This document shows positions 48,377 to 57,670 of a stretch of DNA of 64,000 nucleotides, piece after piece. The translations under genes were made by a program, and so were the position numbers. The first letter of the stretch is position 1. Each line of letters starts with the position of its first letter. Origin of the DNA: a virus; the IMG/VR virus record IMGVR_UViG_3300034198_006385, positions 22,663-86,662 of that record. The stretch is one strand, 5' to 3'. Below the pieces are notes generated by a model. The model worked only from the letters and a program-made list of their open reading frames with translations, was not told where the DNA came from and ran no database searches.

Positions 48377-49792
48377 ATGAAAGAATCATTAATCATTGAC
48401 TATTTAATGAGTAATGAAGAATATTTCCGCACAGTTTTACCACATCTTAAAAGAGAATATTTCTCCGATAATAGTTGTAAAACTGTATTTGGAATTATTG
48501 AAGATCATTATAATGAATATGGAAATTTACCAAATAAGGATGTTATTGAAGTAACATTTAATGATATTGATTATTTAAAAGAAAATGATTTTAATAATTG
48601 TGTAGAATTAGTTAATAAATTAAACACAAGAGCGGATTTTGATTTAACTTGGGCAGTAGATAAAACTGAACAATATTGTCGTAATCGTTCTGTATATAAT
48701 GCTATCATGGATTCAATTAAAATTTATGATGGTAGTGATGAAAGAAATATAAATTCAATTCCAAGTTTAATGGAAGAGGCTCTTGCCACAAGATTTCAAA
48801 AAAATTTAGGACATAACTATGTAAAAGATAGTGAAAGTAGATTTGAAAATTATGGCAAATCTGTAGAAAAAATTCCATTCGATATAGAAATTCTTAATAA
48901 TGCAACTCGTGGTGGTATCGAAAGAAAAACATTAAATCTTGTTATGGGACCAACTGGTGTTGGTAAAACATTAGTTCTTTGTCATTTGGCAGCAAGTTGG
49001 TTTTTGATGGGATATAAAGTTTTATATATCACTATGGAAATGGCAGAGGAAAAAATTTCCCGCCGAATTGATTCTAATATTCTTGATATTGATTATCATG
49101 AATTAGAAATGATGGATAAAAATAAATTAAATAATAGAATGAAAAAAGTTCGTTCTAAAACAACTGGCGATATTATTGTAAGAGAATTTCCAACATCTGG
49201 GGCTAATTCAACACATTTTAAATATCTTATTGATGAATTGAAATTAAATGAAAATTTTATTCCTGATATTATAGTAATTGATTATCTTAACATTTGTTCA
49301 TCATCAAAATTAAAAGCAAATGCAATTTCTAATCCATATTTGTATTATAAAACTGTTGCAGAGGAATTACGGGCACTTAGCCAGCAAACTAACACCGCAA
49401 TCTTCTCAGCCACACAGACTAATCGTGGGGGCTTTAAGAATAGCGATACAGACATGGATGATACTAGTGATTCGTGGGGATTACCCATGACTATTGATCT
49501 TATGATTGCATTGATTGTTAGCGATGAATTAACAGCATTAGGTCAAATGATGTTAAAACAACTTAAAAGTAGATATGATGATAAAGATCGTTTATTAAGA
49601 TTTGTTATTGGTGTTGATAAAAACAAAATGAGATTATATGATGTCGAACAAAATGCCCAAGAAAATATCACAGATGACGCCCCAATAATGGATAAAACTT
49701 CATTTGGAAATATGGAGGATAAATTTAAAAAGAAAAGAAAACGTAAAAACGATAATACAGATACTATGGGAGAATTTATGCAAAATGTTTAA
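48377..49792 (+). CDS. gp41: replicative helicase gp41
   Basis: GPTGVGKT, ITMEMAEEKI, IDYLNIC, AEELR, SATQTNR, KQLKSRY. Confidence 0.95.
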   Translation: MKESLIIDYLMSNEEYFRTVLPHLKREYFSDNSCKTVFGIIEDHYNEYGNLPNKDVIEVTFNDIDYLKENDFNNCVELVNKLNTRADFDLTWAVDKTEQYCRNRSVYNAIMDSIKIYDGSDERNINSIPSLMEEALATRFQKNLGHNYVKDSESRFENYGKSVEKIPFDIEILNNATRGGIERKTLNLVMGPTGVGKTLVLCHLAASWFLMGYKVLYITMEMAEEKISRRIDSNILDIDYHELEMMDKNKLNNRMKKVRSKTTGDIIVREFPTSGANSTHFKYLIDELKLNENFIPDIIVIDYLNICSSSKLKANAISNPYLYYKTVAEELRALSQQTNTAIFSATQTNRGGFKNSDTDMDDTSDSWGLPMTIDLMIALIVSDELTALGQMMLKQLKSRYDDKDRLLRFVIGVDKNKMRLYDVEQNAQENITDDAPIMDKTSFGNMEDKFKKKRKRKNDNTDTMGEFMQNV

Positions 49793-49964
49793 TTATGAAA
49801 TTGTTGATGATTATAAAATTAAAGAAATTATGACCGATATTATTATTCATATTGATACAAATAAGAAAAAAACAAAAAAACTTGTAAACAAATTAAATAC
49901 CGGAACAGGATTTTCCGGTAATACCCCACCTTTCTTTTCCAACACCTATAAAATAGCTAAATAA
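49785..49964 (+). CDS. conserved small T4-like protein
   Basis: LN.G.GF.G.TP.FF motif. Confidence 0.6.
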   Translation: MFNYEIVDDYKIKEIMTDIIIHIDTNKKKTKKLVNKLNTGTGFSGNTPPFFSNTYKIAK

Positions 49965-49985
49965 TAAAAATAGCTATTTTATAGG
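49945..49985 (+). promoter_or_regulatory. 15-bp stem-loop overlapping a late-promoter-like CTAAATA and the RBS of the next gene
   Basis: cctataaaatagcta-11nt-tagctattttatagg perfect inverted repeat. Confidence 0.7.
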
Positions 49986-49994
49986 ATATACTAA

Positions 49995-50987
49995 ATGTTA
50001 AAATTTAAAAATTTTATTATTTCTGAGGCATCAAAGTATAAAAAAGAAGTTCCAAAAGATGCTGAAACAGGATTACCTTCTCGTTATGTTAGTGGATTAT
50101 CAACATCTACCGCAAAAGCTAGAGCAGTACATTGGAATAAAACTAAAAAAATGGATTCTAAAAATCCCGATGCTTATACACCTGCTCCCGGTGATAAAAA
50201 TGTAAAAACTAAAGAATCCAAATATACTAAAGCATATAGAGAAAAATTTGATGAAGGAACTGATAATAATTCCAAATGCATGAAATGCAATCAAAAAACT
50301 TGTAAATGTAAATCTATGGATGAAGAAACTTCTTATTCTGCTAAAGAAGCCCGCGCAGGTAAAGATATAGGCAAACCCGGTAAAAATTTTGAAAAAATTT
50401 CTAAATCTGCTGCAAAAAGATATGGTTCAAAAGAAGCAGGTGAACGAGTTGCTGGAGCAATTTTAGCAAAACTCCGTAAAGAAGAATTAAATATAGAACA
50501 AAATTATATTGATGAAGAAACTGAATCTGGTCTTGCGAAAAAATCAAAAGAATCAGGAATTTCTATTGGAACTCTTAAAAAAGTTTATAATAGAGGAATG
50601 GCAGCATGGAGAACTGGACATAGACCGGGAACAACACCCCAACAATGGGCTATGGCAAGGGTAAATTCTTATATTACAAAAGGAAAAACTTATCATACTG
50701 CTGATAAAGATTTACATGAAGAAGATATTGAAGAAGCATTATATCATGGAAAAGAAGTTCCTCTTAATAAACCAATGAAAGGTGATGTTAAAAAATCAAA
50801 AGTTTATGTAAGAGACCCAGATACAGGAAATGTGGTAAAAGTTAATTTTGGTGATAAAAATTTATCAATCAAAAAACATATTCCAGCTAGAAAAAAATCT
50901 TATTGTGCGCGTTCTAGTGGTCAAGGTAATTTGCGCGATAAAACAAGTGCCAATTATTGGTCACGAAAAGCATGGGATTGCAATTAA
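49995..50987 (+). CDS. putative internal head polyprotein (basic modules separated by acidic xEE sites)
   Basis: MLKFKNFIISE leader; LKKVYNRG.AAW.TGHRPG..PQQW..ARVNS module; KKSKVYV...FGD...SANYWS module. Confidence 0.65.
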   Translation: MLKFKNFIISEASKYKKEVPKDAETGLPSRYVSGLSTSTAKARAVHWNKTKKMDSKNPDAYTPAPGDKNVKTKESKYTKAYREKFDEGTDNNSKCMKCNQKTCKCKSMDEETSYSAKEARAGKDIGKPGKNFEKISKSAAKRYGSKEAGERVAGAILAKLRKEELNIEQNYIDEETESGLAKKSKESGISIGTLKKVYNRGMAAWRTGHRPGTTPQQWAMARVNSYITKGKTYHTADKDLHEEDIEEALYHGKEVPLNKPMKGDVKKSKVYVRDPDTGNVVKVNFGDKNLSIKKHIPARKKSYCARSSGQGNLRDKTSANYWSRKAWDCN

Positions 50988-51004
50988 TCAAAAATATCTG
51001 ATTG

Positions 51005-51012
51005 TATAAATA
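51005..51012 (+). promoter_or_regulatory. T4-type late promoter TATAAATA
   Basis: Exact consensus with no ORF immediately downstream. Confidence 0.6.
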
Positions 51013-51016
51013 GTGT

Positions 51017-51110
51017 TCACGAAGCACGCAGCGGTTAGGTGCATGGTAAACACTCGGAATTGACAAGGTAAAGGTGGGGTTCCTCTTGTCTTTAAAAGTG
51101 CTTCTATTTG
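51017..51110 (+). ncRNA. candidate structured late ncRNA
   Basis: GAAGCAC(51021-27)/GTGCTTC(51098-104) closing stem; GACAAG/CTTGTC inner stem; GC-rich in AT-rich context; between a late promoter and a terminator-like palindrome. Confidence 0.45.
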
Positions 51111-51124
51111 TTGGGGGAGAGGAA

Positions 51125-51152
51125 AAGGGAGAGTAGATATCTACTCTCCCTT
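51125..51152 (+). terminator. perfect 28-bp palindrome, probable terminator
   Basis: aagggagagtagat|atctactctccctt. Confidence 0.65.
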
Positions 51153-51196
51153 AATTGTTTTTAACACTAAATACAGTAAAAAAACAAGGAATTATT

Positions 51197-52579
51197 ATGT
51201 TCAAATTTTCTCATTTCAAAAAAATAATTAAAGAAGAATTATCCGATGAACAAAAAAAATCTGTTGCTAATTGGAAACGTGATCTTGTAGCAGTTGCAGC
51301 AACAGATCATTATTTTGGAAAAGGAAATGATGACGTTCATCATCAATTGGTGGGAACGCAAGATAAATCTGAAGTTCATAAAGCCATTGAACGTCATTTG
51401 GGAAAAGAAATTGAAATTCCCCACTATAAAGAAGGTTTGACAACAGATAATTATGGTCGTCAAGTTAAAATTGGACGTTTAATCAAAGATGAAGGATTAA
51501 GAAATCAATTTGCAAATGATTCAACAAGACAAGGTAAAAAATTTACTGGTTTATCTGTTCATGTGACAAGATCACCAGCAGGAGTTTGCGGGCAAACATC
51601 AGGTAGTCAATCATGGAAAGATGAATCATGTAAAAATTTTGAAACTGGATCAAATAGAAGATATTTACAAGATGAAGTTGAACATGGAACAGTAGTTGGT
51701 TATTTAAAAGATCATAAAGGTAAAGAAATTTCTCGCATTACTTTACAACCACATATTAATGATGAAGGGCATCGTGCATACGCCATAAATGGGCATTATG
51801 GAATTGACCATGAAGATTTTAAACAACATATGCAAAACGTTGCATCTGATTTATCTGGTGAATATAAAGATAAAATTTATAATATTCATCCAAAGGTTTA
51901 TAATGATAATAATGAAGAAACTATATTACATCCAAAAACAAACAATGAACATATTTCTCATATATTATCATATGGGACAAGTGATGAAAAAACAATGGCC
52001 TTAAATCATCCGAATATAAATTCTAAAAATATTGATAAAGCATTAAATGATAAGAATATAAATATTCGTCATAGAGCGATTTATAGTCCAAATGCCTCTG
52101 AAGAAAATTTAACAAAAGCATTAAATGATAAAATGCAGCATGTTAGAAAAGCGGCATTAAGTCACAAAAAAATAACACCAGATCATTTAAATATAGCATT
52201 ATCTGATAATAATCTTGGCATACGTTATGCAGCAATACAACATCCAAAAATTACATCAGAAAATATACATAAAGCACTAGATGATTCTGATGATGATATT
52301 AGAGAAATAGCTATAAAACACAAAAACGCTACATCAGAAAATATACACAAAGCGTTAGATGATAAAAATTCATCTATTAGAGTAATGGCTATTTTACATA
52401 AAAATGCTTCAAAGGAAAATATAAATAAAGCGTTGAAGGATTCTTCTTATATTGTAAGAGGAGCGGCATTAGACAATTCTTGGGCTACCGACGAACATTA
52501 TAAAAAAGCATTAAATGATCCTCATGAAATGGTTCGTAATGCGGCCAAATGGTATATATCTAAAGAACAATTAAAATAA
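51197..52579 (+). CDS. HEAT-like repeat protein with internal-protein-like leader
   Basis: MFKFSHFKKIIKEE leader; about eight 24-aa repeats ENI.KAL.D....IR..A..H.N; CTAAATA upstream. Confidence 0.7.
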   Translation: MFKFSHFKKIIKEELSDEQKKSVANWKRDLVAVAATDHYFGKGNDDVHHQLVGTQDKSEVHKAIERHLGKEIEIPHYKEGLTTDNYGRQVKIGRLIKDEGLRNQFANDSTRQGKKFTGLSVHVTRSPAGVCGQTSGSQSWKDESCKNFETGSNRRYLQDEVEHGTVVGYLKDHKGKEISRITLQPHINDEGHRAYAINGHYGIDHEDFKQHMQNVASDLSGEYKDKIYNIHPKVYNDNNEETILHPKTNNEHISHILSYGTSDEKTMALNHPNINSKNIDKALNDKNINIRHRAIYSPNASEENLTKALNDKMQHVRKAALSHKKITPDHLNIALSDNNLGIRYAAIQHPKITSENIHKALDDSDDDIREIAIKHKNATSENIHKALDDKNSSIRVMAILHKNASKENINKALKDSSYIVRGAALDNSWATDEHYKKALNDPHEMVRNAAKWYISKEQLK

Positions 52580-52582
52580 AAA

Positions 52583-52600
52583 AGGGGGCAAGTGCCCCCT
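52583..52600. terminator. terminator between convergent genes
   Basis: agggggca-ag-tgccccct with flanking A run. Confidence 0.7.
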
Positions 52601-52605
52601 AATTA

Positions 52606-53588
52606 TTATGATGTCATAGCAAATTCTTTTGCGGTTGACAGAGCCACTAACTTGCGGCGTTGATTTTGCCCATACCACGCGGATTGTAGGCGACTGTCAG
52701 CATTACGCCCTACTGTGTGGTCACACATATATATATAGTTGCATTGTATGCTTGCCACCAACTACCTTCACCGAGAGTTGCACCGGGTTGTGTTTCAATT
52801 ACATTTAATGCAATCTCGGCATTACGTGACATATTTTTCGCATCACTTTCTTTACCATCTTTTGTGTTCTTTGGAAACACAATTGAGAAATAATCACGGA
52901 GACTATCTTTTGTGTAATTACGTGATGCTAGGAAGTTTGCCATATCTTCATATTGTTCCATGTAGCGATTAGCAATACCAAGTGTTTCCTTGACTTTTTG
53001 TTCATCAAATTTATTCTTGTGATTAACCTTTACCATAGCTTCAACTTTATGCTCAATTGCCATTGTCAGTGTATTATTACAGACAACACGAATTGGAGTG
53101 AAACGAACGTCAATTGATTGACCAAACTTATGAGGATTGGTGAACAGTAGATACGAATCTACTTGATCCTTACCCTGTGCGGTGGTCAATTCAAATGACT
53201 TCTTGATCTTGGCAAGTGCCCAAACAATACGTCCACCATGAAGGCTACCAGCGGTGTTCATTTCCATGTCACCGGCCATGACGTATTCATTAAAGAAACG
53301 GAATGCGTCAATATTATTCATTGGATTCCAACTGTCAGCAACGTGAGTTAGAACACGATTATCGCTGCTGCGAACCAAAGCGGTAATTCCTGCGTCAACA
53401 TACTTATCTTGAAAATTGTCATAGACATAACAGGGGCGCTTTTCTACAGTCCAATTTAGCTTGGCTGCATCTAGCATTTGTTCTGGTGTTAGATCAGCAG
53501 GAACTTGAACACCAAGACCATGCCAGGGAACCGATCCCGAATAAGCAATTGCTGCTTCATTATTTACAAATTCTAGTTCGTGAGACAT
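52606..53588 (-). pseudogene. DUF932-family protein, frameshifted near the C-terminus at an (AT)n tract
   Basis: PWHGLG, AGSLHGG..VW.LA, FTPIRVVCNNTL; conserved tail DH..GR....RLQSAWYG lies in another frame. Confidence 0.75.
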
Positions 53589-53619
53589 TTACATTTCCTT
53601 TCACTGTTTCGATGAAGGG

Positions 53620-53648
53620 AATGTATTTTGTTCCGAGAATAGAGTCAA
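53620..53648 (-). promoter_or_regulatory. sigma70-type promoter
   Basis: TTGACT-17nt-TACATT upstream of the DUF932 gene. Confidence 0.55.
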
Positions 53649-53712
53649 GCACTTTTCGTGAGAAAAAGTTACCCGAATTTATTTTTATTTTCGTTAATAA
53701 AAAATTTAATCA

Positions 53713-54414
53713 TTATTCGTGTTTCTCCAATGGAAGATTCTCTGGATTAAAGATGATATAATTTTTTCTGGAACGAACATTTTGTGTTTCTATCGGGGAA
53801 GTATTATGATAAACTAATCCTTTTTTACCTTTGGCTTTCATCATGTCAATATATTTATTGACTACTTCTTCTTTAAATTTTGGGTGTGGTTGCATATGTA
53901 AATTAGAATCAAAATTATTTATATAGGAACGAAAACTATTTCCTTTGTGGGCGGCTACACCATATTTTTCTCTATCCGCTGGTGCTTTACCAGATGACAA
54001 TAAACCATGAATTTCTTCGGCAGTATTGTCATCAATTTGTCTGGCATTTTTAACCCATGATTTGAACATTTCTTTGTTATCTGGATGACCTAATACAGTT
54101 GCGGCAATATGCGAACTTATTGCATCTTGATCGCTTTGTTTTGCACCATGTTTATATGTTTTTTGATATACTACATCTAATTCGGAACGTTTAGGTGCGC
54201 GGGTTCTATATAAATTTCCTTGTTGTTTCATTTCGGAGTCTTTATATAAACCCTTTGAAAATTTACGTGAAATATCAGGATCGGCGGCAAAATGAGAACC
54301 AACTGCTCTGTCAATCATATAATCGTCGCGTTTTGGTTTTAAAGAAGAAAGAGTCTCAGTGGTGCCATGATACATCCACTGAGACTCATTAATAAAATCT
54401 TTAAATTTCAACAT
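53713..54414 (-). CDS. putative ADP-ribosyltransferase-fold protein with internal-protein-like leader
   Basis: MLKFKDFINE leader; WMYHGT, GSHFA, GLVYHN...E...YIIFNP. Confidence 0.55.
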   Translation of the reverse strand: MLKFKDFINESQWMYHGTTETLSSLKPKRDDYMIDRAVGSHFAADPDISRKFSKGLYKDSEMKQQGNLYRTRAPKRSELDVVYQKTYKHGAKQSDQDAISSHIAATVLGHPDNKEMFKSWVKNARQIDDNTAEEIHGLLSSGKAPADREKYGVAAHKGNSFRSYINNFDSNLHMQPHPKFKEEVVNKYIDMMKAKGKKGLVYHNTSPIETQNVRSRKNYIIFNPENLPLEKHE

Positions 54415-54449
54415 AAATAATTCCTCTATAAATGAAATTATTTAGTATT

Positions 54450-54992
54450 TTAAGCTAAAAATATTGCTAAAACTGTCCCAAGGCCAATAAATCCACCCCA
54501 AAAAATCTCACCCCATTCAGTGGCCGCAGCAAAACCTTTAATCCAAGTCGGACGACTATAAGCATGACCCGGAACAAATGGGAATAAACGATAACCAGCT
54601 TCATAACATGGACCAATTAAAAATCCACTAAGAATGATAGGCCACAAAGCAAATCCAAAATACCAAGCCCATACAGTGGGCAGAATAATACTTAAAACAC
54701 CATGTAATGTCATACCGGCAAAATCTCGCCAGTATGGACGTGTATCTCTGCCCATACTAGTGCCGTCAAAATTACCTGTAGTGGTTCCTACCCATGTAAT
54801 AGGAATGAGAGCAACAGCCCACCAAAAAGTAACACCAGCCATAAGTGCGGCCAGTGCTACAGTTAAACCAAAAAATAAACGAACTGGTAAATCACCAATA
54901 TCTAAACCTGTTAAATCTTGAAAACAACCACCAGCTATTCTTCTTCCAAAACCACATAATACAAATGCGGTTAAACTTATTACGATTTCCAT
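54450..54992 (-). CDS. integral membrane protein
   Basis: Multiple hydrophobic segments. Confidence 0.65.
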   Translation of the reverse strand: MEIVISLTAFVLCGFGRRIAGGCFQDLTGLDIGDLPVRLFFGLTVALAALMAGVTFWWAVALIPITWVGTTTGNFDGTSMGRDTRPYWRDFAGMTLHGVLSIILPTVWAWYFGFALWPIILSGFLIGPCYEAGYRLFPFVPGHAYSRPTWIKGFAAATEWGEIFWGGFIGLGTVLAIFLA

Positions 54993-55015
54993 AAAAATTC
55001 CTTTATTAATTATAA

Positions 55016-55225
55016 TTATTTAGAATTTTTATAATATCTATCGGCGTAATATGTTTCAAAAATTTTATGTAAATCGCCCATTTTATCTTGGATTTGACAA
55101 ATTAAATCATCTAAACATTCAATTGTATCATATGCTTCACATAATTTAATCCGCAATTCATCTTCAGTTAAATCAGCAACAGTTTTTGTTCCAACAAAAT
55201 ATGATTTGTAATCAATATCATTCAT
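55016..55225 (-). CDS. hypothetical protein
   Basis: ORF track. Confidence 0.5.
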   Translation of the reverse strand: MNDIDYKSYFVGTKTVADLTEDELRIKLCEAYDTIECLDDLICQIQDKMGDLHKIFETYYADRYYKNSK

Positions 55226-55227
55226 AA

Positions 55228-56073
55228 TTATTCTACTTTAACATAATTCCAGAGATTTTTAAATACTGGCGTCATAAAAATTGATGATCTTTTAATAAAA
55301 TGTTTTTCATTTGGTAAATTCAATTGATCCACCAAATTAGCATAGAATGAATCAATACAAATGATAGAATCAGCAAACCGAAACAATTCAAGCCAATCAA
55401 AAGGATTGTCTACAATTCCAGCTTTAACTTCAACGACTAAATTATTATCTGTTGGAAAATTAAAATTAGAAATATTTAATTTTTGGTCACTTCCCTCTAA
55501 ATGACAAACAATTAGCTTGCGATCACCTTTATCTTTAGTGTATTTTTCGTATAATTCAACTTGTCTATGTCTACTTTCGTTAGTTTCCGACATCTGAAGG
55601 TTCCATTTTTCACCAAAGGGCACCATTGCAGTTGCATATTTGTATTCATCAAATTTTAAATGTTGAAAAAGGCCCAAATTTGTGATTCTTGCCTCATATG
55701 GACCAGTTAAACGTGCCATTAATTGATTATATGGGAAATTTTTTCTTTGATTTTCATCAATTTTTGATAACATATGCGTTTCATGATAGGGAAAACTGAT
55801 AATTTCGTTACAATCAACAGAATTTAACAATTTTTTTGGTAATTCATACCAATATTCGTTATTGATTCCATCACTTGGATTAAATGCCTCAAATGGAACT
55901 GGAATAAAATTGCAATAATGCCCAAATATTTCCTCAAAACTAGCACAAAAACGCGAATCTAGAGCAAAATATACTTCCGCGCCATGTTTACTGTGATAAT
56001 ATTGAGCAATTGGCATTGCAATGATAGCATCACCAATCCCTCTAACTTGAATAATACCTATTTTTTTACTCAT
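55228..56073 (-). CDS. GT9-like glycosyltransferase
   Basis: RGIGDAIIAMP N-terminus; ICIDSFYANL. Confidence 0.65.
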   Translation of the reverse strand: MSKKIGIIQVRGIGDAIIAMPIAQYYHSKHGAEVYFALDSRFCASFEEIFGHYCNFIPVPFEAFNPSDGINNEYWYELPKKLLNSVDCNEIISFPYHETHMLSKIDENQRKNFPYNQLMARLTGPYEARITNLGLFQHLKFDEYKYATAMVPFGEKWNLQMSETNESRHRQVELYEKYTKDKGDRKLIVCHLEGSDQKLNISNFNFPTDNNLVVEVKAGIVDNPFDWLELFRFADSIICIDSFYANLVDQLNLPNEKHFIKRSSIFMTPVFKNLWNYVKVE

Positions 56074-56648
56074 TTCTTCCTCAAAATAAATTCAATGCAA
56101 CATTCTGGATTAATCATCATTGTTTGATCAATATCATCGGGTAATTGTTCATTGTAGAAACTATTAATCACTTCAATTTTTTCTAGATAGGTTTTATCTG
56201 TAAATTCACTGATGAAATTTGTGATACAAATACATTTTTCATGAGTAGTTTCTGTATTAGTAAACATCCATTTATGGTCATCATTGAAACGTGATGGCCA
56301 ATGACCATGCTCATACATCATCATATCAGGAATAGTGACAATAACATATCCATTGGGACGAACCACTCGAATCCAATTATTGAGTGCTTCCGCTGGATAA
56401 TGCATATGCTCTAGACAATGAGAGGAATGTGCAAAATCAAATGTGTTATCCTTAATAGTTGCTAGATATTGAGCATCACCATCAGGCATATCCCAACTGC
56501 GAATTGATGTTATTCCTCGAAATTGACTTTTAACAGTTTCTAGAGAATCATTGCCAGCGCCAATATCAATCCCAGCACCCACAAAATACCGACTGTGAAA
56601 TTTTCCATCAAAAAAACGCCTCTTTGCTGCTTTTGATTGTTCAAACAT
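56070..56648 (-). CDS. class I SAM-dependent methyltransferase
   Basis: GIDIGAG, FDFAHSSHCLEH, WIRVVRPNG...IPD. Confidence 0.85.
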   Translation of the reverse strand: MFEQSKAAKRRFFDGKFHSRYFVGAGIDIGAGNDSLETVKSQFRGITSIRSWDMPDGDAQYLATIKDNTFDFAHSSHCLEHMHYPAEALNNWIRVVRPNGYVIVTIPDMMMYEHGHWPSRFNDDHKWMFTNTETTHEKCICITNFISEFTDKTYLEKIEVINSFYNEQLPDDIDQTMMINPECCIEFILRKK

Positions 56649-56659
56649 TTTTTATTCCT

Positions 56660-56869
56660 TCATGTAATTACATATGAAACACCGGCAAAAAATGCCGTGA
56701 GTGAGGCAAAGCATATATCCCATTTAATCATATGCCAAGTCTTTTGTGCCCGAAAATTATTTGAAAAATTTCCAACATAAATTATTAATGTTGCTATTAA
56801 TAATAAAATAGTTGTTATTCCAAAATATACTGTTAAAAAATTAACATAATCACTAATAAAAAACATAAA
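56660..56869 (-). CDS. small membrane protein
   Basis: Two hydrophobic segments. Confidence 0.45.
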   Translation of the reverse strand, partial: FMFFISDYVNFLTVYFGITTILLLIATLIIYVGNFSNNFRAQKTWHMIKWDICFASLTAFFAGVSYVIT

Positions 56870-56870
56870 A

Positions 56871-57254
56871 TTAATCCCACAATGACAAATAATATTTACC
56901 GAATAGACGCAGGCCATTTAAGCAACGTTCATGATTTTCTTTACTATCTCCCGTGAAAACATTATCATTTTTGATATAATCAAAAGCATAAATCATTTCA
57001 TCAAGAATATAATCATATCGTTCTGTCATGAATTTATTATTGTAATTTTCATTTTCAGTATCAATAAATTTTTCTGGAACATCTTCATCATCAACCATTC
57101 CACTACCATGTCTCTTTTCTTTCAGGAGAACAAGAGCCGGATGAATAATTTCTGCTAATGTATGATCTAATGACCAGATATCCCAACCATCAATTTTAAC
57201 TGAAATTTTTCGGGGACTGCCATTCTTTTTATAGCGACCAATATTGACTTTCAT
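56871..57254 (-). CDS. conserved T4-like hypothetical protein
   Basis: DIWSLDHTLA.II...LDEMIYAF...GLRLFGKYY..LWD. Confidence 0.75.
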   Translation of the reverse strand: MKVNIGRYKKNGSPRKISVKIDGWDIWSLDHTLAEIIHPALVLLKEKRHGSGMVDDEDVPEKFIDTENENYNNKFMTERYDYILDEMIYAFDYIKNDNVFTGDSKENHERCLNGLRLFGKYYLSLWD

Positions 57255-57303
57255 TTTACCTCAATTATTAATTAAAACAATTTTATTCATCATTCACAGA
57301 ATG

Positions 57304-57331
57304 ATTATACACACCAAAACAATTATGTCAA
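57304..57331 (-). promoter_or_regulatory. sigma70-type promoter
   Basis: TTGACA-16nt-TATAAT on the minus strand. Confidence 0.6.
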
Positions 57332-57397
57332 CACTTTTTTTCTTCTTGACTCCGATTATTTTTGCCTCTAAGATTGCATTATTATAAGGAGTATAGA

Positions 57398-57652
57398 ATG
57401 ATGGAAAAACATTTTGTTCTGAAAAATAAAATTTATGAAGCAATTAAATTAAAACATCAGTTAATTGCAAAAATTGATGAAATGGAAAAAGAATTAAAAC
57501 AAATTTGCCCACATTCGGATATTACTATGGTGGAGGATTACTATCCGGGATATTCTCTAGATAGCGCATATACGAGTAGGACGCCCATCTGTATCCATTG
57601 TAGCGCCAAGGTAGGGTATACTAAGATACTTCGTGGGGGTGATTATGGATAA
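57398..57652 (+). CDS. hypothetical protein
   Basis: AAGGAG RBS; CPH...CIHC. Confidence 0.55.
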   Translation: MMEKHFVLKNKIYEAIKLKHQLIAKIDEMEKELKQICPHSDITMVEDYYPGYSLDSAYTSRTPICIHCSAKVGYTKILRGGDYG

Positions 57653-57670
57653 TTGAAAGGAAATTATATT

